DNA of 64,000 nt, taken from positions 1,312,001-1,376,000 of the forward strand of contig CBDFGR010000002.1 of NCBI GenBank assembly GCA_965247115.1, read 5' to 3'. The first letter of the stretch is position 1, and each line of letters opens with the position of its first letter. Source of the DNA: Myxococcota bacterium (GTDB taxonomy: Bacteria > Myxococcota_A > UBA9160 > SZUA-336). A program made the translations under genes and the position numbers. The notes beneath the pieces are model-generated. The model did no database searches. It worked only from the letters and a program-made list of their open reading frames with translations, and was not told the DNA's origin. This document shows, piece after piece, positions 1-10,760 of this stretch.

Positions 1-309
1 TGCGTCGACGACTGGGTCGAGCTCGACGATCTGCCTCAACCCTTCCACATCGCGTCGAGCGCAGACATGGTTCAGGCGCCGCGCGTGCCCGCGTCAGGCC
101 TCTCCTTCCAGCAGGTCGTGGGGCGCTTCGAGTCGGACATCATTCGGCAGGCACTCGAGCGCACGCGTTGGAACAAGAGCAAGGCGGCGCAGCTTCTGGA
201 TCTGAACCGCACCACGCTGCTCGAGATGATCAAGAAGCGCGGCCTCGAGCGCCGCCCGCCTCGCAAGCCCGAGCCGGAGCCGGGGCGGAAGCCGTCCTCC
301 CAGGCCTGA
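1..309 (+). CDS. Sigma-54-dependent transcriptional activator, C-terminal Fis-type HTH (5'-truncated by window edge)
   Basis: Frame is open from base 1; ESDIIRQALERTRWNKSKAAQLLDLNRTTLLEMIKK is a typical NtrC-family HTH_8 tail. Confidence 0.85.
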   Translation, partial: CVDDWVELDDLPQPFHIASSADMVQAPRVPASGLSFQQVVGRFESDIIRQALERTRWNKSKAAQLLDLNRTTLLEMIKKRGLERRPPRKPEPEPGRKPSSQA

Positions 310-312
310 GAC

Positions 313-1206
313 TCAGGAGCGCCTGCGCTCGTCGAGCCGTGCGCGCTCCAGCACCGTCCTTGCGCGAGCCAGGTGGGGCGCGTCCACCATGTTGCCCTTG
401 AACGCGAACGCCATCCGGCCCGCGCGCTGCTGCTCCTCAAAGGCAGCCACCAGCTCCTGGCTCTCGGCAATCTCTTCCGCAGACGGGGAGAAGGCCGCAT
501 TCACGATCTCGACCTGACTCGGGTGGATCGTCATCTTGCCGGTGAACCCCATCTGGGCGGATTCGCGACACTCCCGCTCCAGTCCGGCGGAGTCCCGAAT
601 GTCGACGAACACCCCGTCGATCGGTTGGACACCGGCGGCGCAGGCCGCGAGCAGCGTCATGTGACGCGCGAGCCGGAAGATCTCCAGGTAGGCGCCACTC
701 TCGTCGCGGTTGCGGCGCGCTCCGATCGCCGCCGAGAGATCCTCCGCCCCCCAGGTCAGCGCATCGACCCGCGAGCTCCCTGCGAGCTCGCGGATGTTGA
801 GGAGACCGTCTGGCGTCTCGGTTGCAATCACCAGCAGCGTGACTTCCCCTGGGGGCAGGCCGCGCTCCTTCTCGATCCGGCCCAGGATCTCGTCGATCTG
901 CTCCAGCTCCTCCCGCCCGCTCGTCTTCGGAACGACGTACGCGTCTGGCCGGCCGAGCATGGTCCCTTCGAGGTCCTCTACACCCCACGGTGTGTCGAGC
1001 GGGTTCATCCGGACGAGCCGCTCCCTCCCGCCAAAGTCGGCTTCTCGGAGCCAAGCCGTCACGGTCTCGCGGGCGGACTCCTTGTTCTCTGGCGTGACAG
1101 CGTCTTCCAGATCGAGGATCAGCGCATCGGCGGGCAGCTCGAGCGCCTTCCGAAACATCTTCTCGTTGGCGCCGGGAACGAAGTGGACCGCGCGACGCAG
1201 TCCCAC
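313..1206 (-). CDS. CitE-family CoA-ester lyase (HpcH/HpaI aldolase/citrate lyase family)
   Basis: FVPG, ILDLEDAV, VRMN, VPK, ETPDG, GAEDL and GKMTIHPSQ motifs; GTG start lies 3 nt from the IS target site. Confidence 0.9.
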   Translation of the reverse strand: MGLRRAVHFVPGANEKMFRKALELPADALILDLEDAVTPENKESARETVTAWLREADFGGRERLVRMNPLDTPWGVEDLEGTMLGRPDAYVVPKTSGREELEQIDEILGRIEKERGLPPGEVTLLVIATETPDGLLNIRELAGSSRVDALTWGAEDLSAAIGARRNRDESGAYLEIFRLARHMTLLAACAAGVQPIDGVFVDIRDSAGLERECRESAQMGFTGKMTIHPSQVEIVNAAFSPSAEEIAESQELVAAFEEQQRAGRMAFAFKGNMVDAPHLARARTVLERARLDERRRS

Positions 1207-1213
1207 GGCCTAG

Positions 1214-2488
1214 CAGGCTGCGGAGAAAGTGACTGGTTGAGGGGTGGTCCTTCCGACGAGGGGGTTCACCGGCCGAGGGGCGGGGCGCGATTCCCGGTTC
1301 GAACCGGTCTTGGGCTCCGCTGATCGCGGGGCGGTTTCGCACATGACCTACGTGGCCTCCAGCAGCTTGCGGATCCGGATCAGGTTGTAGGCTGCGGCCG
1401 TGAAGGTGAAGACCCAGCCGACCCGATCCGTGCCGCGGTGTCGGGTCTTGCGCATCAGCCCCACGGTCTTCATCCAGCCGAAGACCTCTTCCACCCGTTT
1501 GCGAAAACGCTGACTCAGTTCGTAGCCCCGGTGGCGCGTCGTCCGCCCGTCGATCGCGCTGCGTCGATTCGTCGTGTTCTGCGCCACGTGTGGGGTCACG
1601 CCCAACTCTCGAAGCTCTTCCACGAACCCCTTCGTGTCGAAGCCCTTGTCTCCGCCCAATGTCCTCCGACGCCCGCCTCCCAGACCTTCCACCATCTCGA
1701 GCGCCGCTTCGCGCTCCGCATATCCCGACGCCTGCGTGAGCTTCGCCGCGACCACCAAGCCGTTCCGGTTCTCCGTCACCACGTGTCCCTGGTACGCGAG
1801 TCGGGCGCCTTGGCCTCTCATACCGGCGAGTCGTGCGTCGGGATCCGTCGTCGACGCATGCGTCTGGTTGCTCCGCTTCTCGCCTCGGAAGTTCACCGTC
1901 GGGTTGCCCGGGTCATCGTCGTCTCTCCGTTCCTCGTCCTTCCGTACGAAGCTCTTCTGGCTCGCCCACGCCTCGATCAGCGTCCCGTCTACCGTGAAGT
2001 GCTCCAACGACACCCATCCCTCGGTCTCGGCCTGCTCCAGCACTGCGTCGAAGAAGTGCTCGGCAATCTCGCCCTTGAGCAGCCGGTCTCGGTTCTTCGT
2101 GAACACCGTGGCGCTGAACACCACCTCGTCAAGCTCCAGACCCACGAACCAGCGATACAGCAGGTTGTACTCCAGCTGCTCCACCAGCTGCCGCTCGCTC
2201 CGGATGGTGTAGAGCACCTGCAGCAGCAGGGCGCGCAGCAGCTGCTCCGGGGGCACGGACGGGCGCCCTACGCCTCTGGCGTAGATCGCGTCGAAGCGCG
2301 GCGATAGCCGCTGCAGCGCCGTGTCGACCATGCGCCGCATCGCTCGAAGCGGATGATCATCCGGAATCCGCGACTCCAGCGACACGTAGCTGAACATCCC
2401 GCCCTGAAGCGTCCCCTGTCCTCTCACGCCTCCCCCTTTGGGGCTCGCTCCCAAGGTACCCTTCGATGAGGAGTTTTTCAGCAGCCTG
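1214..2488 (-). mobile_element. Intact insertion sequence (IS5/IS1182-like), about 1275 bp
   Basis: Imperfect terminal inverted repeats CAGGCTGCGGAGAAAG (1214-1229) and rc CAGGCTGCTGAAAAAC (2473-2488), 13/16 identical; flanked by CTAG at 1210-1213 and 2489-2492; single transposase ORF. Confidence 0.92.
1348..2427 (-). CDS. DDE transposase (IS5/IS1182-like, DUF772-type N-terminus)
   Basis: MFSYVSLESRIPDDHPLR, GRPSVPPEQLL, FTVDGTLIEAWAS, GGDKGFD and RKRVEEVFGWMK motifs; GTG at 2427 preceded by GGGGAGG SD. Confidence 0.93.
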   Translation of the reverse strand: MRGQGTLQGGMFSYVSLESRIPDDHPLRAMRRMVDTALQRLSPRFDAIYARGVGRPSVPPEQLLRALLLQVLYTIRSERQLVEQLEYNLLYRWFVGLELDEVVFSATVFTKNRDRLLKGEIAEHFFDAVLEQAETEGWVSLEHFTVDGTLIEAWASQKSFVRKDEERRDDDDPGNPTVNFRGEKRSNQTHASTTDPDARLAGMRGQGARLAYQGHVVTENRNGLVVAAKLTQASGYAEREAALEMVEGLGGGRRRTLGGDKGFDTKGFVEELRELGVTPHVAQNTTNRRSAIDGRTTRHRGYELSQRFRKRVEEVFGWMKTVGLMRKTRHRGTDRVGWVFTFTAAAYNLIRIRKLLEAT

Positions 2489-2938
2489 CTAGGCCTTGCG
2501 GAGCATCATCGCGGCGCGCGAGCAGCGGGCAACGACTTCGTCGCGCTGATTCAACCCTCGGTGCTCGAACGTGACGATTCCCCACTCGGGGTGCGACTTC
2601 GACTCGCGCTTGCCCGCAACCTCGGTCACCGCGCGGATGGTATCGCCGATGAGGACCGGCTTGGGAAACTCGACCCGCTCGAAACCGAGGTTTCCCACCG
2701 TCGTCCCCAGGGTCGTCTCGCCGACGGAGAGCCCGACGACGAGCCCGAGCGTGAAGATACTGTTGACGAGGCGCTCGCCGAACTGGGCCCCCTTGGCGAA
2801 CTCCGCATCCAGGTGGAGCGGCTGGGGATTCATCGTGAGCGTCGTGAACAGGAGATTGTCGGTCTCCGTCACCGTGCGTCCGGGCTGGTGCTCGAAGACA
2901 TCTCCGACCTCGAACTCCTCGAAGTACTTCCCGGACAT
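2489..2938 (-). CDS. MaoC-family (hotdog) acyl-CoA dehydratase/hydratase
   Basis: [30 protein letters not shown] and [11 protein letters not shown] motifs; real start is the ATG at 2938 inside ORF 2489..3865. Confidence 0.9.
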   Translation of the reverse strand: MSGKYFEEFEVGDVFEHQPGRTVTETDNLLFTTLTMNPQPLHLDAEFAKGAQFGERLVNSIFTLGLVVGLSVGETTLGTTVGNLGFERVEFPKPVLIGDTIRAVTEVAGKRESKSHPEWGIVTFEHRGLNQRDEVVARCSRAAMMLRKA

Positions 2939-3037
2939 CGACCCTCTCGCGACGACTCGTCGAACTGTACCAGATGTCCGTTGAGCAGGCGCCTGGCAGT
3001 CAGCTAGAATCCGCCCAGCCATTCGAGAGAGGTCCTG

Positions 3038-4087
3038 ATGCAGAGCCCCCGAGACTTCTTCAAGCCAAAGGCGATCGGAGCGCCACAGCCGGCGCGCGAG
3101 ATCCCGGTCAAGCCATCGCGCATGATCCACTTCTTCGACCCGAGCAACGAGCGGATGACCGCCAAGGTGCCCGACATCGCCCTTCAGGTGGACATCCTGC
3201 TCGGCAACCTGGAAGACGCGATTCCCACCGAACGAAAAGTCGAAGCGCGAGAGGGGCTCGTCAAGATCGCCAGGAACGCAGACTTCGGCACGACCCAGCT
3301 CTGGACACGCGTCAACAGCCTGGACAGCCCGTGGTTCCTCGACGACATGACACGACTCGTGGGGGAAATCGGAGATCGCCTGGAAGTGATCATGATCCCG
3401 AAGGTCGAGGGCCCCTGGGACATCCACTTCGTCGATCAGCTGCTGGCCCAGCTCGAGGCCAGGAACGGGCTGGAGCGGCCGCTGCTCGTGCACGCGATTC
3501 TCGAGACCGCCCTCGGCGTATCGAACGTGGAAGAGATCATCCACGCGAGCCCGCGCATGCAGGGGCTGAGCCTGGGACCAGCAGACCTCGCTGCGTCGCG
3601 GCGCATGAAGACGACACGCGTCGGTGGCGGGCACCCCGGGTACCTGGTCCGCACGGACCCGGACCCCGACGAGCCGGATGCGCTGCGGCCGACCGCGCAG
3701 CAGGATCTTTGGCACTACACCATGGCGCGTATGGTGGACGCCTGTAACTCCGCGGGGGCCCTGCCCTTCTACGGGCCCTTTGGCGACATTGGCGACGCCG
3801 TGGCCTGCGAAGACCAGTTCCGCAACGCGTTCTTGATGGGGTGCGTCGGCGCCTGGTCCCTGCACCCGAGCCAGATCCCCATCGCCAAGCGCGTCTTCAG
3901 CCCGCCGCCAGACGAGGTCGCCTGGGCCCGAAGAGTGATCGACGCGATGCCCGACGGCAGCGGAACGATCATGCTCGAAGGCAAGATGCAGGACGACGCT
4001 ACGTGGAAGCAGTGCCGGGTCATGGTCGAGCTGGCGCGTCTCATCGCCGAGCGAGACTCCGAGTATCGGGAGCTCTACGGCTTTTAG
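3038..4087 (+). CDS. Malyl-CoA/citramalyl-CoA lyase-like CoA-ester lyase
   Basis: [40 protein letters not shown] and GAWSLHP motifs of the Mcl-type CitE superfamily. Confidence 0.85.
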   Translation: MQSPRDFFKPKAIGAPQPAREIPVKPSRMIHFFDPSNERMTAKVPDIALQVDILLGNLEDAIPTERKVEAREGLVKIARNADFGTTQLWTRVNSLDSPWFLDDMTRLVGEIGDRLEVIMIPKVEGPWDIHFVDQLLAQLEARNGLERPLLVHAILETALGVSNVEEIIHASPRMQGLSLGPADLAASRRMKTTRVGGGHPGYLVRTDPDPDEPDALRPTAQQDLWHYTMARMVDACNSAGALPFYGPFGDIGDAVACEDQFRNAFLMGCVGAWSLHPSQIPIAKRVFSPPPDEVAWARRVIDAMPDGSGTIMLEGKMQDDATWKQCRVMVELARLIAERDSEYRELYGF

Positions 4088-4093
4088 GCGTTC

Positions 4094-4615
4094 CTAGGTG
4101 ATCTGGCGGCCCCGCGCCATGAGCATCTTTCCCGAGCGGACCAGCTCGGTGATCCCGAAGGGCCGGAGCAGGTCGACGAACGTGTCGATCTTCTCGCTCG
4201 AGCCGTAGATCTGAAGGATCAGCGAGTCTGTGCCGTAGTCGACCACCTTGGCCTTGTAGTGCTCCGCAACCTGGAGGATCTCCGTCCGGCGGTCGAGGGC
4301 ACACTCTATCTTGACGAGCCCGATCTCTGTCTCGAAGGCGTCTTCCCCGGTGTGGTCGATGGCATGGACCACGTCGACGAGCTTTGTGAGCTGCTTGACC
4401 ACCTGCTCCAGGCTCTCCGCGGAGCCAGATGACGTGATCGTCATCCGCGAGTAACGGCCCTCTACGGCCGGGCTGACGACGAGGCTCTCGATGTTGAAGG
4501 CGCGGCGGGCGAACGTGAGGGCTACGCGGACGAGCACTCCCGGCTTGTTGTTCACAAAGAGCGAGATGGTGTGCACGGCCGCAGACGCGGCGAGCGGCTG
4601 CTCCATCTCAGGCAC
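4094..4615 (-). CDS. ilvN: Acetolactate synthase small (regulatory) subunit
   Basis: ACT domain VNNKPGVLVRV..FARRAFNIESL, KQLTKLVDV, ELVRSG; overlaps the ilvB stop. Confidence 0.93.
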   Translation of the reverse strand: MPEMEQPLAASAAVHTISLFVNNKPGVLVRVALTFARRAFNIESLVVSPAVEGRYSRMTITSSGSAESLEQVVKQLTKLVDVVHAIDHTGEDAFETEIGLVKIECALDRRTEILQVAEHYKAKVVDYGTDSLILQIYGSSEKIDTFVDLLRPFGITELVRSGKMLMARGRQIT

Positions 4616-6353
4616 TCCCCACCGGCTTCTCGAGCTTCTGCTTGGGAGCCTCGATCAGCATGTCCGAGATCGCCGCGCCACCGGGAATCATGGGAAACAC
4701 GTTGTCTTCCTTGACGACTTCCGCAACGACGAGCACCGGGCCCTCATCGTACTCGTGGGCCTCCAGGAGGATGCGCTCTATGTCAGCGGGGCGCCGGATC
4801 CGGAGTGCCTTCATCCCGTAGGCGCGTGCCAGCTTGACGAAGTCCGGGTTGCCCTCGAGATCCACGCCGGACAGGCGGTTCTCGAAGAATAGCTCCTGCC
4901 ACTGCCGCACCATCCCAAGGAAGTTGTTGTTGATGACCAGGCATTTCACGCCAAGATCGTGGATCTGCGCCGTCGCCAGCTCCGCCTGCGTCATCTGAAA
5001 GCCGCCGTCTCCCACGACGGCCCACACCTTCTTGTCCGGCGAGCCGAACTTCGCACCGATGGCGGCGGGAAAGCCGTAGCCCATGGTTCCGGCGCCCCCG
5101 CTCGTAAGCCAGTGGCGGTTGGACCGCGTTCTGCAGAACTGCGCCGCCCACATCTGATGCTGACCCACATCGGCCGTGATGATGGCGTCCCCCCTCGTGA
5201 TGGAGTTGAGCCGATCCAGCACGTGCTGGGCGCGCAGGCCTCCCTGCTTCGGGTACTTGAGCGGGTACTGCTTGCGCCACTTGTTGCACTGCTCGAGCCA
5301 TCCCGCGGTGTCGAGCATCTCGACCTGAGGGATCAGGTCCTCGATCACGAGGCGCGCATCCCCCGCGATGCAGACGTCAGGGCGCAGGACTTTATTGAAC
5401 TCCGCCGGGTCGATATCGACGTGGATCTTGACGGCGTCGGGGCAGAACGCGTCTACCTTGCCCGTGACGCGGTCGTCCCAGCGCGCGCCGATCGACATGA
5501 TCAAATCGCAGTGGGTCACCGCCTTGTTGGCGTAGGCGGTGCCGTGCATGCCGAGCATGCCGAGGTGCAGTGGGTGGGTCTCGTCGGCCGCTCCCTTGCC
5601 GAGCAGGGTATTCACCATCGGCGCGTGGAGCTTCTCGGCGAGCGTCATGACGGCCTTGCCCGCGTCCGAGATCACGGCGCCATGCCCCACATACAGGACA
5701 GGCCGAGCCGATTTCATCAGAAAGCCGGCGGCCTCGGCGATCGCCTCGGGGTCGCCCCGCGTCGGGACGGTGTAGCCCGGAAGGTCGACCTCGTCGGTAA
5801 ACGGAGCCTCGCAGGGACCCTGGCTCAGGTCCTTGGGGACGTCGACGACGACCGGGCCCGGACGACCCGTCGTGGCCAGGTGGAAGGCCTCGCGCATGAT
5901 CCGCGGGATCTCTGCCGGGTCCTTCACGAGGTAGGAGTGCTTCACGACGGGGTAGGTGATCCCGGTGACGTCGGCCTCCTGGAACGCGTCGGTGCCCAGG
6001 TTCGGGCGGATCACCTGCCCGCAGATCACGACGATCGGCGCGGAGTCCATCAGGGCCGTCAAGAGGCCCGTCACGGTGTTTGTCGCGCCCGGGCCCGAGG
6101 TCACCAGCACCACCCCCGGCTTGCCCGTGGCCCGGGCGTAGCCGTCCGCCATGTGCGTAGCTCCCTGCTCGTGGCGGGTCAGGATGAGCCGGATCTTGGA
6201 GTCGACCAGAGCGTCGAAGAGGGGCATGGCCGCCCCACCCGAGAGGCCGAAGATGAACTCCACACCCTCTCGCTCCAGGCACTGTACGAGTCTCTCGGCT
6301 CCTGTCGCGACTTTCGTATCCACTTGTCCCTCCGGAGCCCGATTCGAGGCCAT
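4608..6353 (-). CDS. ilvB: Acetolactate synthase large subunit, biosynthetic type
   Basis: [37 protein letters not shown] and the ThDP motif GDGGFQM...[12 protein letters not shown]. Confidence 0.96.
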   Translation of the reverse strand: MASNRAPEGQVDTKVATGAERLVQCLEREGVEFIFGLSGGAAMPLFDALVDSKIRLILTRHEQGATHMADGYARATGKPGVVLVTSGPGATNTVTGLLTALMDSAPIVVICGQVIRPNLGTDAFQEADVTGITYPVVKHSYLVKDPAEIPRIMREAFHLATTGRPGPVVVDVPKDLSQGPCEAPFTDEVDLPGYTVPTRGDPEAIAEAAGFLMKSARPVLYVGHGAVISDAGKAVMTLAEKLHAPMVNTLLGKGAADETHPLHLGMLGMHGTAYANKAVTHCDLIMSIGARWDDRVTGKVDAFCPDAVKIHVDIDPAEFNKVLRPDVCIAGDARLVIEDLIPQVEMLDTAGWLEQCNKWRKQYPLKYPKQGGLRAQHVLDRLNSITRGDAIITADVGQHQMWAAQFCRTRSNRHWLTSGGAGTMGYGFPAAIGAKFGSPDKKVWAVVGDGGFQMTQAELATAQIHDLGVKCLVINNNFLGMVRQWQELFFENRLSGVDLEGNPDFVKLARAYGMKALRIRRPADIERILLEAHEYDEGPVLVVAEVVKEDNVFPMIPGGAAISDMLIEAPKQKLEKPVGSA

Positions 6354-6371
6354 CCAGGCAAAAGGAGACCG

Positions 6372-6400
6372 ATTCTACCCGCCCCTCCGAGCAATTCCAA
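6372..6400 (-). promoter_or_regulatory. Putative sigma-70 promoter of ilvBN
   Basis: Minus strand TTGGAA-N17-TAGAAT, 18 nt upstream of the ilvB ATG. Confidence 0.55.
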
Positions 6401-6618
6401 GGAGAAGTGGTCACGATTTCGGAAAGTTCGAGCATCGAGAGTCGAAAGCAGCTCAAGATCTCTGTGGAAAGTCCCAGTTTCGGGTTCAGAAGGCGCACGC
6501 TCCACGAAAGTGGGCCTTTCCGTCCCGAAATCGGGCTCCTCGACGAACCTTCCGGATCAAAAACAGTGGATCCGGCGTCACGAAGGTCTACACGATCGAG
6601 CTGCTATATTCGGGTCGG

Positions 6619-8265
6619 ATGGCGGAGTTCGAATATCAGCCGATCTTCGAGCTGGAACCCGAGCAGGTCGAGTACCGAACCCTGACCTCGGACCACGTCT
6701 CGATTGGCGAGTTCGAGGGGCACCCGATCCTGAAGGTCGAGCCGGAGGCCCTCACGTGGCTGGCGCGGGAGGCGATGGTGGACGTGGCTCACCTGCTGCG
6801 AGCGAGCCACCTCTCCCAGCTCGCCAAGATCCTGGAGGATCCGGAGGCCTCGACGAACGACCGCTTCGTCGCGGTCGAGCTGCTCAAGAACGCGAACATC
6901 GCCGCCGCCGGCGTCCTGCCGGGTTGCCAGGACACGGGGACCGCCATCGTCTTCGCCCACAAGGGAGAGAACGTCTTCACGGGAAGCGACGACGAGGAGT
7001 CGCTGTCTCGCGGGATCTACCAGGCCTACCAGGAGAAGAACCTGCGCTTCTCGCAGATGGCGGCCCTCGACATGTATACGGAGAAGAACACCGGGACCAA
7101 CCTGCCAGCGCAGATCGACATTCACGCCGAGCCCGGTCACGAGTATCGCTTTCTCTTCATCGCGAAGGGTGGCGGCTCCGCAAACAAGACCTTCATGTAT
7201 CAGGAGTCCCGCGCGGTCTTGGATCCGGAATCTCTGCTCCGCTTCGTGAACGAAAAGCTCAAGACGCTCGGCACCTCGGCCTGCCCGCCCTACCACCTCG
7301 CACTGGTGATCGGTGGCACCTCTGCGGAGATGACGGTCAAGACGGTCAAGCTGGCGAGCGCCCATTCGCTCGACGGACTGCCGACCTCGGGCAACGAGCT
7401 CGGCCGCGCGTTTCGGGATCCCGACCTCGAGGAGAAAGTTCACAAGCTTTGCAACGAGACGGGGATTGGAGCCCAGTTCGGCGGCAAGTACTTTGCGCAC
7501 GACGTGCGCGTGATCCGTCTCCCCCGGCACGGCGCCTCGCTCCCCATCGGTCTCGGCGTGTCGTGCTCGGCCGACCGCCAGATCCTCGGCAAGATCACAG
7601 CGGAAGGTCTGTTTCTGGAGCAGCTCGAGACCAACCCTGCGAAGTACCTGCCAGAGGTCACGCCTTCTGAGCTCGGCGGCGAGGTCGTGGAGATCGATCT
7701 CAACCGTCCCATGAGCGAGATCCTCGAGGAGCTCGGCCGACACCCCGTGGCAACGCGGCTCTCGCTCACAGGCCCGATGGTCGTGGCGCGCGATATTGCA
7801 CATGCCCGGCTCAAGGAGCGGCTCGAGCGCGAGGGGGATCTTCCGCAGTACCTCAAGGACCACATGGTCTACTACGCGGGGCCCGCAAAACGTCCAGAGG
7901 GCTACGCCTCGGGCTCCTTCGGCCCCACGACGGCCGGCCGGATGGACTCCTACGTCGACCTCTTCCAGCAGCACGGAGCCAGCATGGTGATGCTCGCAAA
8001 GGGCAACCGCTCGAAGCAGGTTCGCGACGCCTGCGGCAAGTACGGCGGCTTCTACCTCGGATCCATCGGCGGCCCCGCCGCGCGCCTGACCGAGCACAGC
8101 ATCAAGAAGGTCGAGGTTCTCGAGTACGAAGACCTCGGCATGGAAGCCATCTGGAGCATCGAGGTTGAAGACTTTCCCGCCTTCATCATCATCGACGCCG
8201 AGGGGAACGACTTCTACGCGAACCTCACCGAAGCCCGTCCCAAGCCCCTCCTGACGCTCGAGTAG
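6619..8265 (+). CDS. Class I (Fe-S) fumarate hydratase, fused alpha/beta
   Basis: [42 protein letters not shown] and GPTTAGRMD motifs; start set at ATG 6619 (MAEFEYQ). Confidence 0.95.
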   Translation: MAEFEYQPIFELEPEQVEYRTLTSDHVSIGEFEGHPILKVEPEALTWLAREAMVDVAHLLRASHLSQLAKILEDPEASTNDRFVAVELLKNANIAAAGVLPGCQDTGTAIVFAHKGENVFTGSDDEESLSRGIYQAYQEKNLRFSQMAALDMYTEKNTGTNLPAQIDIHAEPGHEYRFLFIAKGGGSANKTFMYQESRAVLDPESLLRFVNEKLKTLGTSACPPYHLALVIGGTSAEMTVKTVKLASAHSLDGLPTSGNELGRAFRDPDLEEKVHKLCNETGIGAQFGGKYFAHDVRVIRLPRHGASLPIGLGVSCSADRQILGKITAEGLFLEQLETNPAKYLPEVTPSELGGEVVEIDLNRPMSEILEELGRHPVATRLSLTGPMVVARDIAHARLKERLEREGDLPQYLKDHMVYYAGPAKRPEGYASGSFGPTTAGRMDSYVDLFQQHGASMVMLAKGNRSKQVRDACGKYGGFYLGSIGGPAARLTEHSIKKVEVLEYEDLGMEAIWSIEVEDFPAFIIIDAEGNDFYANLTEARPKPLLTLE

Positions 8266-8294
8266 CCCGTCGAAACCTCCCCGGGGGAGCTTCG

Positions 8295-9686
8295 TCAGAA
8301 TTCGGCGTAGCCGGGGACTCGGGGGAAGGGGATTACGTCGCGGATGTTCTCCATGCCTGTGGCGAACTGGACGAGGCGTTCGAAGCCCAGGCCGAAGCCG
8401 GAGTGGGGGACCGTGCCGAAGCGGCGGAGGTCGCGGTACCACCAGTAGTCCTCGGTGCGCAAGCCACACTCCGCGATCCGAGCGTCGAGCTGCTCCAGGC
8501 GGTGCTCGCGCTGTGAGCCGCCGACGATCTCGCCGATCTTCGGCACGAGCACGTCCATGGCGCGCACCGTTCGCCCGTCGTCGTTGACGTACATGTAGAA
8601 CGGTTTGATAGCGCGCGGGTAGTCGGTCACGATCACGGGTCGGCCGACGTGCTCCTCGGTCAGGTAGCGCTCGTGCTCGCTCTGGAGGTGCAGCCCCCAG
8701 CGCACGGGAAACTCGAACTCCTGCCCGCTCTTCTCGAGCACGGCGACGGCTTCCGTGTAGTCCATGTGCTCGAACGGGCTCTCGATGATGTGCTCGAGCG
8801 TTGTCAGGATCGTCTTGTCGATGCGCTGGTTGAAGAACTCCATGTCCTCTGCGCAATCCGTGAGGAGGACCTGGCATATCTGCTTGAGGAACTCCTCAGC
8901 CAGGTCCATCTGGCCGCGGAGATCCATGAAGGCCATCTCCGGCTCGATCATCCAGAACTCCGCCAGGTGGCGGCTGGTGTTCGAGTTCTCTGCGCGGAAG
9001 GTCGGGCCGAAGGTGTAGACGTTCGTCAGTGCGAGTGCAGCGATCTCCGCCTCGAGCTGTCCCGACACCGTGAGGTACGCCGGCTTGCCGAAGAAGTCCT
9101 GCGAGAAATCGACCGCCCCGGTAGCGTCTCGAGGCGGCTCAGCGGCGTCGAGCGTGGAGACGCGAAACAGCTCGCCTGCGCCCTCGCAGTCCGAATCGGT
9201 GATGATCGGAGTCTGCAGGTAGATGAAACCCCGCTTCTGAAAGAAGTCGTGGATGGCCCGCGCCGCGCAGTTCCGCACGCGCAGGACCGCGCCGATCGTA
9301 TTTGTGCGCGGCCGCAGATGCGCGATGGTGCGCAGGAACTCGAAGCTGTGGCGCTTCTTCTGGAGCGGATAGTCCTGCTCGGCGGCAGAGACGACTTCGA
9401 CGCGGCTCGCGCGCAGCTCGAGCTTCTGACCCTTGCCGGGCGATGGCACCAGCTCTCCGCTGACCTCGACGGCGCTACCAGTGCCGAGCTTCGCGAGCCC
9501 GTCGGTTGCGCTCTCGAGCTCGTGGGGAACCACGACTTGGAGTCCCGCGAGGCAGGAACCGTCGGACAGCTCCAGAAACGCGACGTCCTTGGCGTGGCGC
9601 GCCGTGCGGAGCCAGCCGCGCACGGCCACGGGCTCGCTCAGATCCTCGCGCGCCAGGAGCTCCTTGACCCTGCAGAACTCGGGCAT
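8295..9686 (-). CDS. asnS: Asparagine--tRNA ligase
   Basis: OB-fold N-terminus, [38 protein letters not shown] and GFGLGFER motifs. Confidence 0.97.
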   Translation of the reverse strand: MPEFCRVKELLAREDLSEPVAVRGWLRTARHAKDVAFLELSDGSCLAGLQVVVPHELESATDGLAKLGTGSAVEVSGELVPSPGKGQKLELRASRVEVVSAAEQDYPLQKKRHSFEFLRTIAHLRPRTNTIGAVLRVRNCAARAIHDFFQKRGFIYLQTPIITDSDCEGAGELFRVSTLDAAEPPRDATGAVDFSQDFFGKPAYLTVSGQLEAEIAALALTNVYTFGPTFRAENSNTSRHLAEFWMIEPEMAFMDLRGQMDLAEEFLKQICQVLLTDCAEDMEFFNQRIDKTILTTLEHIIESPFEHMDYTEAVAVLEKSGQEFEFPVRWGLHLQSEHERYLTEEHVGRPVIVTDYPRAIKPFYMYVNDDGRTVRAMDVLVPKIGEIVGGSQREHRLEQLDARIAECGLRTEDYWWYRDLRRFGTVPHSGFGLGFERLVQFATGMENIRDVIPFPRVPGYAEF

Positions 9687-9743
9687 GCCCGTACCTCCCC
9701 CGGCGAGGGTAGCCAATGCGCTGCCAGCGGGCCGAGATCGGAG

Positions 9744-10670
9744 CTACAGATAACGACCGGAGGGCGCGGGCAGGCGGTTCGTCACGCGCTTGGCGCGCTC
9801 CACCTCGGCCAGCAGATCTGACGTGAGGACAAACCCGCTCTCCCGGCTCGCCGCCTCACAGCGGGCCTTTGCGCGCAGAACCGCGTGCAAGAGCCGGATC
9901 CAGTCGCCGATCGAGCCGTCCTTGTGCTGACGGGCCACCTCGATCCAGTCGACATCCTCGAACAGCTGCCGTCCGGCTCGGCGCTCGGCCGCGTGCGCAT
10001 GAACGCCGAGGGCGGCCGCGATGTCGTCCGGGACGAGGGGCGTCACCTCGACCACACGCTCGAAGCGACCCGTCGCGAGCAGCGCGGGGCGGATCGCATC
10101 GGGCTGGCTGGTCGAACCGATCACCAGCGCGCCCGCTGCCGCGATCGCTCGATCGACGAGCTCGAGCAAGAACTCCATGACCGGACCCAGGGGCAGGTCG
10201 ACCCGACTCCCGCCGAGCGCCGCGGCCTGCATGAACTCCAGCTCCTCGAAGAAGACCGTCGTGGGCGGCATCTCCTCGAGCGTGGCCCCCCAGGCCGCAA
10301 GGAACTCGCCGACCGGCTGGGATGCGTGCACCATCTGCAGCACCAGGCGCGGCACCGTGATCTCCAGAAACGGCATCCCGGTGTGGTTCGAGAGCCCCTC
10401 GGCGAGAAGCGTCTTGCCGCAGCTCGCGGGCCCCACGAGAAGCAGCCCGGGAGGCTGAAACGTTCCCCAGTGCGCGTATACCTCGGGGTCCGTCACGGCA
10501 CAGGCGTACGTCAGCACCTCCTCTTTCGCGGACTCGAGCCCGCCGATGTCGCCGAAGCTGAGCGTCGGGTCGGCTTCGAGGCGCGCGGCCTTCGCGACGA
10601 GGGGAGACTTGCGCAAGAACGCATCCCAGATGTTCTTGGCGCGTTGCCGGACGAGATCGGGTGTCGCCAT
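9744..10670 (-). CDS. Stand-alone AAA+ domain protein with degenerate catalytic motifs
   Basis: SFGDIGGL, Walker A GPASCGKT, Walker B-like VFFEELE, SRH-like STSQPDAIRPALLATGRFER. Confidence 0.8.
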   Translation of the reverse strand: MATPDLVRQRAKNIWDAFLRKSPLVAKAARLEADPTLSFGDIGGLESAKEEVLTYACAVTDPEVYAHWGTFQPPGLLLVGPASCGKTLLAEGLSNHTGMPFLEITVPRLVLQMVHASQPVGEFLAAWGATLEEMPPTTVFFEELEFMQAAALGGSRVDLPLGPVMEFLLELVDRAIAAAGALVIGSTSQPDAIRPALLATGRFERVVEVTPLVPDDIAAALGVHAHAAERRAGRQLFEDVDWIEVARQHKDGSIGDWIRLLHAVLRAKARCEAASRESGFVLTSDLLAEVERAKRVTNRLPAPSGRYL

Positions 10671-10760
10671 CCCCACATTCTACACGCGCCCGCGGACGCC
10701 CTGAAAGCCTCCTGGGCCTGACACTTGCCAGTAGCTCGCAACGCCAATAGCATCGCCGCT

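Noticed and set aside
6354..6420. ilvB leader-peptide attenuator
   Set aside because: The predicted promoter lies about 18 nt from the start, leaving no room, and no Leu/Val/Ile-rich uORF with terminator was seen
4959..8877. Long alternative-frame ORFs (e.g. 4959..7670, 6604..8877; also 44059..45624, 52104..54149, 58719..60233)
   Set aside because: Antisense or off-frame shadows of well-supported genes, expected in high-GC DNA; no recognisable motifs
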